A stretch of 64,000 bases of DNA. It comes from an uncultured bacterium. Its GTDB lineage: Bacteria > Patescibacteriota > Saccharimonadia > UBA4664. Shown in pieces: positions 11,549 to 19,991 of this stretch. Within the stretch, counting starts at the first letter, position 1. The number at the start of each line of letters is the position of its first letter. The translations under genes were made by a program, and so were the position numbers. The notes under the pieces are model-generated. The model worked only from the letters and a program-made list of their open reading frames with translations. It did not search any database and had not been told where the DNA came from. The stretch spans positions 81,026-145,025 of the forward strand of contig CAVUEQ010000001.1 of NCBI GenBank assembly GCA_963740635.1. Reading direction: 5' to 3'.

Positions 11549-14500
11549 GTGGACCTCAGGCGCAAGGCTGATAATTTACTGGCGTTAATACTCCAAACCG
11601 ACTGGCGCAAAATTGCCAGGCGGTGGTATTGGCGTGGGCGCCGGCCGGTATTAGGGATTTGGCGGCGGGTGCAGTCGGGCTGGAAGGGGCTGCGGCAACT
11701 GCGGTGGCGGGACCTGCGGCAGATGGGGCGGCGCGTGGGGAGGCAGCTGCGGCGGTTAGATATCCGAAAGCCGGTTCACGCGGTGGTGATAGGGGTGATA
11801 TTGGCGGGGATTATCGCGCCGGTGTCCGATTGGGTAGCCAACAATGAGCGCTACCGCCTGGACGGGCCGCGGGCGGACGTGGTGGAGAAGCCGTCGCCCA
11901 AGCTCAAGAGCAAACTGCTGTATGACAAAGCTAAGAAGGCCAGCGTGTTTAACGCTGATGGCGAGAAGGCGACGTCGGAAGACGCGAAAGACGCCCTGAC
12001 GTCGCGGGTGGGCGGGGGCGAGGAGAAGACGGCGCAGCTCTACAGCGCCACCCTGCCGGACCGGGCTACGGATGGCATAGACGTGCGCGACAATGTGAAC
12101 AAAGTGTCGGTGAAATTCCGGCCGCTGTTTGGCGTGATGGACGGCCAGGCTCGCAGCGGGCGGGTGATATATCCGCTGAAGGGGCAAGACGGGGCGATGG
12201 TTTATACGCCCAAGGCCAACGCGATCAAGGAAGATATTTTGCTGCAGTCGGCGCCGGGGAATAAGGCGGAGTATAGCTACCAGTTGGAACTGCCGGATTC
12301 ACTGGCGGCGCGGCTGGGGTCAGACGGCTCGCTGGGGTTCTACGCCGGCGACCCGAAATTGTTTGGCAACATTACGTTTGGCAGTGACAAAGACCGCGAT
12401 CTGGTGGAAGACGCCCGCAAGAAGGCCGACAAGAATACGCTGCTGTTTACGATCCCCGCGCCGACGATTACCCAGGGGGCAAAGCCGGCGGGCAATCCGC
12501 AGGCGAAGTTTAGCCTGGACGGCAAGAAGCTCACGGTGCACGTGACCGGGTTGGCCGGCGCGGCTTACCCGCTGTCGATCGACCCGACATTCTACATCGC
12601 TTCGACGGCGGATTTTTTGCTCGGGAGCTCGGATGACAACGTCGACATCTCTCAGGCCAACCAGGTGGGCCGGGCGGCGCTCACCGGCGGGTCGCTGCAG
12701 ACTTGGGCGAGCACAGCTTATAACTTGAGCTTCACAAAGATTCCCAGCGGGACGAGCACCACGAATTTTGCATTTGGTATCGCGGTGTACAACGGGTATA
12801 TGTATCAGCTCGGGGGCCACGACACTGGAACAACGGACGTGGCATATGCGCCAATAAGCCTTACCACCGGAGACCTCACGAGCGGGTTTACTGCGTTGAC
12901 ATCCTTTCAAACTGGTCGAGTGGGAATGCAAGCCTTTGGCTATAATGGCTACCTTTACATTGTGGGCGGCGAAAATGCGGCCGGGACGACGATTTATGCG
13001 ACTACGGAGTACGCGAAATTGACGGATACCGGCGCTATCTCGGCCGACAGCGGTTGCGGGACTCCTTGGTGCTATGGAACTAATCTGAACACAGCTCGGG
13101 CGTTTTTTGCAGCTGCTCAATATCAGGGAGTGCTGTATGTATTTGGCGGATCTACCAGCGACTCGCCGACGCTCAACGGCACGCTCACAAAAACTGGTGA
13201 ATATTCCCGTATCGGCGGTGACGGGTCTATCGGTAGCTGGACAACCAATACGAATGACTTGCCGAGTAACCGGGACCGATTTAGCGCGGCGGCCTATAAC
13301 GGGTATGTTTACATAACAGGGGGTTTGGACACTACCACGACCGTGACCAGCGCGGTTAGCTACGCTCCCATAAATAGCGACGGCACGTTGGGTGCGTGGG
13401 TGTCGACCACGGCCTTCCCGACCGCCCGGCGCGACCATGGGCTGGGTATGGAGCGGGGGCATATGTATATCTACGGCGGATGTCCCTTCGGCAACCCCTG
13501 CAACAGCGGCGATTCATTTAACGATACCAACTATGCGGTAGTGAACGCCGACGGGAGCATCGGGCAGTGGCAGCAGACCAACAATATGAACAACGCCCGC
13601 AGTATGATGGCGACCACTTTCTATAACGGATGGCTGTATTCGGCGGGTGGCTGCAGCCGAGAGAATGCCGGCGCCAACGACTGCAGATCGGAAAAAAGTA
13701 ACATATTCAAAACGACCTTTGACTTACCCGGTCGTTTCGATAACGGCATTCAGACTTTGATGACCACGCCGCCGTACAACAACAATGGGATAGGAACGGC
13801 GCGTTTCGGGGGGCAGTCGGTAGCGCTGAACGGTTACCTGTATCTGGTAAGCGGCTGTGCATCGACGGCTGCGAACTGTAACAACGCCTATACGTCGTCA
13901 GTGGAATACTCCACTATTAATGCCGACGGGTCACTGGGGACCTGGGCTTCTGCGGGTACAATGATTGCGAGCGCGGGTGGTACCAACAAGGCTGGTCGAG
14001 TAGGGCATGCAGTGGTGGCGTACAATACCAAAATTTATATTATAGGTGGTTTGGAATATACCAATGGAAATGCCGATTCGTGGAGAGGCGATACAGTGTC
14101 TGCGGTACAAGCCTCCAACGGTACGCTCGGTACTTGGACAAATGAGACTAATGTATTCCCGACGGCGAACGGATCGGCCGTTCGAGGTTTTGGAACGGCC
14201 GTTATTTGGCATAATAATATTTATTACTTGGGTGGCCGGGACTCCACGACGACGGTGTATACCGACATCTTCAGGGCGACGCTTACGGGCAACACGCTTG
14301 GCACATGGGCGACGGCTAAGCAGACCAATGGGTCGACCGCGCAGGTCTTGAACAACGCACGATGGGGTCACTCCGGTGGTATTTGGGGCAACTGGATATA
14401 CGTGGTAGGGGGGCAGAGCAACACTACCGGGACGTATCTGAGCTCAGCCAACAGTGTGGAGCGGCTAAATTTGAACAATGACGGAACTTTCGCAAGTGAT

Positions 14501-16327
14501 ACCACGCTTACTAACGGCACGGCAGGGCGAACTCGTTTTGCCGGCGGGTTCGTTCATAACGGCTACTTGTATACTTTTGGCGGCTACAATAACAGTACCA
14601 GTGCCACAACGAAAATGTACTGGACACGCCTGGATCCCACGACCGGCAATTTGGGGTCGGACGCGGCAACGCAGCAGTGGTCTTCAACCAACATCGGTAA
14701 CTTTGGTAGTCCGTATGGCTTGGCGCAAGCCAGAGGAGCGACAACGGCGACAGCTGTGGACGGGCATTTTTACATACTGGGTGGATGTTCTGCGACAATG
14801 GCTTCAACTGTTTTTAAAGCGTGTGGGACCTTGGTGACGACTACGAATTCGGTGGAGGTGTACCTTCCGAACAACGGCGGGACCGGGCAGACCGGGACGT
14901 GGTGTAGTACTTCTCCGACCTGTGCTCGAGTCTTGCCAAACGCCAAAGCGGATGCGGCGGCGGTGGCTTATAACGGTATTATCTATAGTATTGGCGGATG
15001 CACGGCGTATACGTCGGGTGTGTGTTCGACATGGTCGTCAGAAGTTAAGAGTAATCCGATAGCGTCGGATGGGACGCTCAGTGCAAGTTGGGCGACGGAG
15101 AATTCACTGACCACCGCGACTGGATTGCTGCAAGCTGTGGCCTATAACGGGTATATTTATGTGCTCGGTGGATGCATAAGTGCGAGTTGTAATACAACGA
15201 ATCCGGCGGCTGTCGCGACAGTGCTGTTCGCGACAGTTTCGAGTACCGGGGTGCTTGGTTCGTGGACGGCGGCCTCGCACAACATGGGGACGGCCCGTCG
15301 TGCTTTCGGGGCGGTGATTTCGAGCGGGTACATTTACGCGATCGGTGGGGAGGACGCGTCTGGTAGCAAGCTCTCGAGCACGGAATACGCATTGCTGGAT
15401 CCTACCACTGGAGATGTGGGCTCGTGGACTTCTGGCAACGCTTTTACGACGGCCCGGGCCCGGCATAGCGTGGCGGTGTACAACGGGGTGATTTATGTGG
15501 TCGGGGGGATAGATGGCAGCAGCAATACCTTATTGGACGTGCAGTATGCGGCCCTTAGCACGTCAGATGGGTCGATTGGGACTTGGGCGAATACGACAGA
15601 TATTCCGCGCGGCATGATATCCCGGCAAGTTGTGACGGCCAATGGGTATATGTATTTCCTGGGCAACGAGGGGACCACGACTGAGGTGTCCTACGCGGAC
15701 ATAAATGCTAATGGCACACTCGGGCTGCTATATGATCAGCCGAATGCTTTGGCTGGGGCACATGCCCATGGTGCGGCTGTGCAGTCTAATGGATTCATAT
15801 ATATATTAGGCGGATGCACGTTGAGCAGCGGAAACTGCAGTACAGTTTCGACCACCACCGAGTATGCCGGTCAGAAGGCGATTTCGCGGGCGGCGCATTA
15901 TTCGAAGCTGTGGGAGACGCAGGGCATCGATACGGCCCCGTCACAGATTGTGGTAAATGGGACTAGCTCGGGGGGAAGTAAGGTATCGACGATTTTGCGC
16001 ACATCGAGCAGTTTCGATCCCGTGCTCGGTATCCCACAGGTAATAAACCCAACTCAGTTCAATACATATTACCGCGTCTATCCGCTAAACTCGAGCGGTG
16101 TGAATGTGGGTGTGGCCAAGACTTATGCGATGGTGGTTATTATGGACGACACGCAGGCCGGGACATTTCCGGATGTGAACACGGGTGGCATTCAGACGAC
16201 GGTGACTAGCATTACCTTGTACTACCACGCCAACCCGAGCCGGCGATTGCGGCACGGGGCGTCGTTCTCGAATGTGGGCTGCAACATCGTGCCGGCGAAC
16301 GGGTGTATTTTGGACACGGCGCCTTAG
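11549..16327 (+). CDS. Giant N-terminally anchored Kelch-repeat surface protein (1,592 aa)
   Basis: GTG start with an AAGGAG RBS. An Arg/Trp-rich N-terminal tail is followed by a TM helix (VHAVVIGVILAGIIAPV). I counted 18 blades by the xGxxYxxGG signature (NGYMYQLGG, NGYLYIVGG, NGYVYITGG, NGYIYVLGG and others), with the recurrent DG(S/T)(L/I)GxW. A non-Kelch C-terminal domain of about 170 aa ends ...YYHANPSRRLRHGASFSNVGCNIVPANGCILDTAP. Confidence 0.9.
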   Translation: MDLRRKADNLLALILQTDWRKIARRWYWRGRRPVLGIWRRVQSGWKGLRQLRWRDLRQMGRRVGRQLRRLDIRKPVHAVVIGVILAGIIAPVSDWVANNERYRLDGPRADVVEKPSPKLKSKLLYDKAKKASVFNADGEKATSEDAKDALTSRVGGGEEKTAQLYSATLPDRATDGIDVRDNVNKVSVKFRPLFGVMDGQARSGRVIYPLKGQDGAMVYTPKANAIKEDILLQSAPGNKAEYSYQLELPDSLAARLGSDGSLGFYAGDPKLFGNITFGSDKDRDLVEDARKKADKNTLLFTIPAPTITQGAKPAGNPQAKFSLDGKKLTVHVTGLAGAAYPLSIDPTFYIASTADFLLGSSDDNVDISQANQVGRAALTGGSLQTWASTAYNLSFTKIPSGTSTTNFAFGIAVYNGYMYQLGGHDTGTTDVAYAPISLTTGDLTSGFTALTSFQTGRVGMQAFGYNGYLYIVGGENAAGTTIYATTEYAKLTDTGAISADSGCGTPWCYGTNLNTARAFFAAAQYQGVLYVFGGSTSDSPTLNGTLTKTGEYSRIGGDGSIGSWTTNTNDLPSNRDRFSAAAYNGYVYITGGLDTTTTVTSAVSYAPINSDGTLGAWVSTTAFPTARRDHGLGMERGHMYIYGGCPFGNPCNSGDSFNDTNYAVVNADGSIGQWQQTNNMNNARSMMATTFYNGWLYSAGGCSRENAGANDCRSEKSNIFKTTFDLPGRFDNGIQTLMTTPPYNNNGIGTARFGGQSVALNGYLYLVSGCASTAANCNNAYTSSVEYSTINADGSLGTWASAGTMIASAGGTNKAGRVGHAVVAYNTKIYIIGGLEYTNGNADSWRGDTVSAVQASNGTLGTWTNETNVFPTANGSAVRGFGTAVIWHNNIYYLGGRDSTTTVYTDIFRATLTGNTLGTWATAKQTNGSTAQVLNNARWGHSGGIWGNWIYVVGGQSNTTGTYLSSANSVERLNLNNDGTFASDTTLTNGTAGRTRFAGGFVHNGYLYTFGGYNNSTSATTKMYWTRLDPTTGNLGSDAATQQWSSTNIGNFGSPYGLAQARGATTATAVDGHFYILGGCSATMASTVFKACGTLVTTTNSVEVYLPNNGGTGQTGTWCSTSPTCARVLPNAKADAAAVAYNGIIYSIGGCTAYTSGVCSTWSSEVKSNPIASDGTLSASWATENSLTTATGLLQAVAYNGYIYVLGGCISASCNTTNPAAVATVLFATVSSTGVLGSWTAASHNMGTARRAFGAVISSGYIYAIGGEDASGSKLSSTEYALLDPTTGDVGSWTSGNAFTTARARHSVAVYNGVIYVVGGIDGSSNTLLDVQYAALSTSDGSIGTWANTTDIPRGMISRQVVTANGYMYFLGNEGTTTEVSYADINANGTLGLLYDQPNALAGAHAHGAAVQSNGFIYILGGCTLSSGNCSTVSTTTEYAGQKAISRAAHYSKLWETQGIDTAPSQIVVNGTSSGGSKVSTILRTSSSFDPVLGIPQVINPTQFNTYYRVYPLNSSGVNVGVAKTYAMVVIMDDTQAGTFPDVNTGGIQTTVTSITLYYHANPSRRLRHGASFSNVGCNIVPANGCILDTAP

Positions 16328-16379
16328 AGGGCCGAAGGTTAACCGGTTTGACTTCATTCTAGTTCATGGGGCATGATGG
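15811..16379 (+). repeat. Copy 1 of the 569-nt repeat (3' end of the Kelch gene plus 52 nt downstream)
   Basis: It aligns without indels to 18013-18581 at a constant offset of 2202 nt. The first 50 nt match at about 74%. Nt 15860-16210 match at about 87% (hand count). Nt 16211-16379 are identical. Confidence 0.95.
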
Positions 16380-18003
16380 TTTGGTGGACATAAGCGTAAA
16401 GGGAAATAAATTGCTTAGAAAGTTTTGTTCTGCAGTCAGTTCGATAATGATGATTCTGTGTACACTTGTACCCGCTGGACAGGTGTCTGCGGAATCGGGA
16501 GAGCGTATACTTTTTACTGGAGGAGATGACTCCCAAACACTCATAAGCATTAAACCTGATGGCTCAAACCGTCATGTGATCGGGGCTGGCACAGAGCTAA
16601 CCGTATCGCCGGATGGCAAGAAGTTTGCATTTCTGCGATACACCGCTGTGTCAGGTGGTCTTGAGCTATTTGTAATGAACTCAGACGAGACGGGAGTTAG
16701 GAACATATCGCAAGCAGACGAGGGTCAATTTGTTGGTCCTGATTATTCGTGGTCGCCGGATAGCACGAAGATTGTTTACGAAAAAGCTGTTGATGACAAC
16801 GGAGTTGCTTTATTTGTCGTCAACATCGATGGGACTGATGACACACTTCTGAGGCCACATGTGCCAATAGTGTCAGCATACTTACCCAAGTGGTCGCCAG
16901 ATGGGCAGAAGATACTATTTACAGGTACGGACGATGACTTTGAGTTCCAAGGGGTGTATGTAATGGATGCCGATGGTCGGAATGCCGAATTGTTGGTCAA
17001 TGATGCCCTTAACGCTTCGTGGTCGCCCGATGGAGCGAATATTGCGTTTGAGGCGGATTTCTACTCAACACAGGGGAAGGAAATAGCCGTTATGAATGCA
17101 GACGGCAGTAGCCCTGTCAGGCTAACTTATGATAATGGGGCAGACATTGACCCCGTGTGGTCACCCGATGGCACGCGCATTTTGTGGTTGGCAGGTGGCC
17201 AGGCATATACGATAAGTGTTGATGGGTCGGATCGAAGACATATCAACCAAATCCAAGGATCGAGCTTGCAAACCGGCGCACGTTGGTCGCCGGACGGAAC
17301 AAGGGTAGTATTCGGCTTACTTTTGCCGCCGACTGCCGGACCTCCAAACGTATATCGCTTGTTTACTGCCTCGGCGATGGGTGGAGATGAGCTGGAAGTG
17401 AGTGCCGAAGGGGCCAATGTCCCTATGTGGGCGTACGTCGATGACACGCCAGGAGTAACAGATCCTAGGTCCTGTACGATTACTGGTACTGCTGGTGACG
17501 ATATCCTGCATGGGACACCAGGCAACGATGTAATATGTGGGCTCGGAGGTGATGACAAGATTTACGGCAACGGGGGAGTAGATACATTGTACGGTGATGC
17601 TGGAGAAGATACTCTAGATGGCGGTCCGGGAAACGACAGACTTTATGGCGGTGACGGGAATGACAAACTGGACGGTGGCGGGGGTAATGATACGCTATAT
17701 GGTGAAGCAGGAAACGATACAGTTGATGGCAGTGCGGACGATGATATCGTCTCGGGCGGAGTGGGCGACGATACAGTGCGGGGAGGGACTGGCGTTGACT
17801 CGGTCTACGGAGATGACGGGAACGATGTGATAGAGGGCAATGGTAGCGATGACATTCTATTCGGTGGAGATGGCATAGACCAATTATCTGGTGGAACTGG
17901 CAACGACCAGCTTGATGGTGGCGCTGGTACGCCGGATAGTTGTGACGGTAACGGTGGCACAGACACCGCCGTAAATTGTGAAATCTCAACCAATATTCCC
18001 TAG
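16366..18003 (+). CDS. Secreted TolB-like PD40 beta-propeller protein with C-terminal RTX-type Ca-binding repeats
   Basis: Six PD40-like repeats are visible ([68 protein letters not shown]). Nonapeptide repeats follow ([53 protein letters not shown]). The signal peptide is [28 protein letters not shown]. The likely true start is TTG 16411, after AAAGGG. The gene is visibly more A+T-rich than its flanks. Confidence 0.8.
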   Translation: MGHDGLVDISVKGNKLLRKFCSAVSSIMMILCTLVPAGQVSAESGERILFTGGDDSQTLISIKPDGSNRHVIGAGTELTVSPDGKKFAFLRYTAVSGGLELFVMNSDETGVRNISQADEGQFVGPDYSWSPDSTKIVYEKAVDDNGVALFVVNIDGTDDTLLRPHVPIVSAYLPKWSPDGQKILFTGTDDDFEFQGVYVMDADGRNAELLVNDALNASWSPDGANIAFEADFYSTQGKEIAVMNADGSSPVRLTYDNGADIDPVWSPDGTRILWLAGGQAYTISVDGSDRRHINQIQGSSLQTGARWSPDGTRVVFGLLLPPTAGPPNVYRLFTASAMGGDELEVSAEGANVPMWAYVDDTPGVTDPRSCTITGTAGDDILHGTPGNDVICGLGGDDKIYGNGGVDTLYGDAGEDTLDGGPGNDRLYGGDGNDKLDGGGGNDTLYGEAGNDTVDGSADDDIVSGGVGDDTVRGGTGVDSVYGDDGNDVIEGNGSDDILFGGDGIDQLSGGTGNDQLDGGAGTPDSCDGNGGTDTAVNCEISTNIP

Positions 18004-18012
18004 CTGTTGTAG

Positions 18013-18529
18013 CGGATGTAGGCTCAACAGCGTAAACTGCAATACGGATCTGAGCACCACCGAGTATGCTGGGCAGAAAGCGATTTCGCGGGCGGCGCAT
18101 TATTCCAAGCTGTGGGAGACACAGGGCATCGATACGGCGCCGTCGCAGATTGTGCTAAACGGGACTAGTTCGGGGGGGAGTAAGGTATCGACGATCTTGC
18201 GAACGTCATATAGTCTTGACCCGGTGCTGGGTATTGCGCAGGTAATAAACCCAACTCAGTTTAACACCTACTATCGCGTCTACCCGCTGAACTCCAGCGG
18301 TGTGAACGTGGGTGTGGCCAAGACGTATGCGCTGGTGATAATTATGGATGACACGCAAGCCGGGACATTTCCGGATGTGAACACAGGTGGCATTCAGACG
18401 ACGGTGAGTAGTATTACCTTGTACTACCACGCCAACCCGAGCCGGCGATTGCGGCACGGGGCGTCGTTCTCGAATGTGGGCTGCAACATCGTGCCGGCGA
18501 ACGGGTGTATTTTGGACACGGCGCCTTAG
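18013..18529 (+). pseudogene. Orphan C-terminal domain of a Kelch-gene paralogue (no N-terminal part, no credible own start)
   Basis: It encodes ...TTEYAGQKAISRAAHYSKLWETQGIDTAPSQIVLNGT...DTAP, which differs from the Kelch C-terminus at only 7 residues. The listed ORF 17978..18529 opens just after an in-frame TAA and has no signal or anchor sequence. Confidence 0.7.
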
Positions 18530-18581
18530 AGGGCCGAAGGTTAACCGGTTTGACTTCATTCTAGTTCATGGGGCATGATGG
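18013..18581 (+). repeat. Copy 2 of the 569-nt repeat
   Basis: See copy 1. It starts 10 nt after the stop codon of the PD40/RTX gene. Confidence 0.95.
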
Positions 18582-19191
18582 AAGTCATTTAGCGGAGTCA
18601 GTTGGCGTGTACAATGTCGGCCTACGCGCCAAGGATGTGGCTGGGAACTGGAGTCCGGTGACGTCAACAATGCTGGTAATATACGACCCGACCACGACCC
18701 TAAGGATAACGGGTAAAAATAAGAAGGATTTGGTGCCAAGCTTGGCCGGCGGGGACATACTTCCAGGGCTTGTCTCTGGCTCTCAGTCAGACGCGGCGGA
18801 TTTTGGCTTTACGGTGCAATATAAGAATGGGGTGATTGATTCAAAGAACGACTTCATTTTCAACTATCTCACCGGGACCAACTGTGGCAAGCCAAATGCT
18901 CAGAACTGTCACAGCCTAACGCTTAATGCTACCAGCTTCGCTTGGCTAGTATTGGACCAAACAAATAACTCTAGAGGAAGTTTTCAGGGGACGGCTACGG
19001 TGACTGTAGATGGAGTAACCACTTCAAACCCATTTACAGTTGAAGGTATTGACGGCGACAGGTTAAGCCCGTCCACAAATGATCACCTGTTGGTACGAGT
19101 CTTTGCTCCTGGAGCGGATCCATCGACCGCGACTCCGATTTACCAGGCGTCTGGATACATAGCTAAGGGGAATAGCATAAAGGTCCAGTAG
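18568..19191 (+). pseudogene. 5'-truncated fragment of a foreign surface-protein gene (Ig-like end plus C-terminal beta-sandwich domain)
   Basis: It has no signal peptide. Its first five codons (MGHDG) belong to the repeat spacer. It then enters mid-domain (VGVYNVGLRAKDVAGNWSPVTSTMLVIYDP), followed by a beta-sandwich (AADFGFTVQYKNG...SFAWLV...GTATVTVDG...GNSIKVQ). It is A+T-richer than the flanks. Confidence 0.55.
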
Positions 19192-19302
19192 GCTTGCTAC
19201 CATGCCAACCCGTCGCGGCGGCTGCGGCATGGGAAGTCTTTTAGCAACATTGGGTGCAACCTGAATCCGGCCGGGGGGTGCATTGAGGACACGGCGCCTT
19301 AG
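19192..19302 (+). repeat. Copy 3 (remnant) of the Kelch-gene tail: last 36 codons plus TAG
   Basis: ACYHANPSRRLRHGKSFSNIGCNLNPAGGCIEDTAP* compared with LYYHANPSRRLRHGASFSNVGCNIVPANGCILDTAP* gives 28/36 identical residues at the same length. It is in frame with ORF 18568..19191 across a single TAG. Confidence 0.85.
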
Positions 19303-19319
19303 CGTGTTTAGGTACTGGA

Positions 19320-19976
19320 CTAGTGGATTTGGAGGCTGGCGGGGGAGGAGCTGCCGAGGACATTCTGGTTGGTGACGCTGGAGACGAGGGCGGTGCCGGC
19401 GGTGAAGGCGAGGGTAGCGGCGCCGGAGGCCTTGGCTTTGAGGGTGAGCGTGGCGATTAGTTGGTCGCCCTTTTTGGGGGTGGTGGTGCCGCGGCTGACC
19501 TTTATGACACCGTTCTTGCCGCTGGTTTCGGCGGCAATTTCGAAGCCGCTGCCGGTGCCTGAGGCGGAGACGTAGTCGAATTTGTCGGATGGGTAGGTGA
19601 GGTTGGCCTGGACCGCGTTGACGTACTGGTTTTGGCTGTTTTCGCGAATGGCGACGGTGAATGACGATCCTGCGGCGAGGCTCGCGGTGGCCGGAGTGAG
19701 GTAGAGCTGCCCGTTGCCGGTGGCGGCGCCGGACTGGACGGTTGGTGTGGGTGTGACGGGCTTGGTGTTAATGTTGTTGCCGGCACGCAGACCGATGAGG
19801 GTTAGGCCGCCGATGACTGCCAGGCCGATGGCGGCCAGCACCGCAACTATCTTTATGACGGGGCCGGTGAGGGAGGCCGCCGGCTGCTGAGGCGGCTGCT
19901 GCGGGGGTTGGGGCTGTTCCGGGGGTTGCGGGGCCTGGGGCTGCTGGGGTGATTCTGGTGATTGCGCGGGTGGCAT
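19320..19976 (-). CDS. N-terminally anchored cohesin-like domain protein with Pro/Gln-rich cytoplasmic tail
   Basis: MPPAQSPESPQQPQAPQPPEQPQPPQQPPQQP is followed by a TM helix (IKIVAVLAAIGLAVIGGLTLIGL) and a beta-sandwich of about 130 aa. The beta-sandwich has a cohesin-like pattern (FTVAIRENS..VNAVQANLTYPSDKFDYVS..GDQLIATLTLKAKASG). Confidence 0.7.
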   Translation of the reverse strand: MPPAQSPESPQQPQAPQPPEQPQPPQQPPQQPAASLTGPVIKIVAVLAAIGLAVIGGLTLIGLRAGNNINTKPVTPTPTVQSGAATGNGQLYLTPATASLAAGSSFTVAIRENSQNQYVNAVQANLTYPSDKFDYVSASGTGSGFEIAAETSGKNGVIKVSRGTTTPKKGDQLIATLTLKAKASGAATLAFTAGTALVSSVTNQNVLGSSSPASLQIH

Positions 19977-19991
19977 GATTCGGGGCTCCTG

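Noticed and set aside
17978-18529. ORF 17978..18529 as an independent 183-aa gene
   Set aside because: Its first ~12 codons are read-through of the region just after the RTX gene. It has no RBS, signal or anchor. From 18013 it is simply the orphan copy of the Kelch-gene tail.
15811-18581. The repeat pair as a diversity-generating retroelement (template/variable repeat)
   Set aside because: The mismatches are a mix of transitions and transversions in both directions, mostly at synonymous third positions. They are not adenine-specific. No reverse transcriptase gene is present in the window.
18001-19302. In-frame TAG codons as evidence for stop-codon reassignment or programmed read-through
   Set aside because: TAG terminates well-delimited genes here (hicA, the Kelch gene, the first paralogue), and TGA and TAA terminate conserved genes at the expected lengths. 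Standard code 11 fits throughout.
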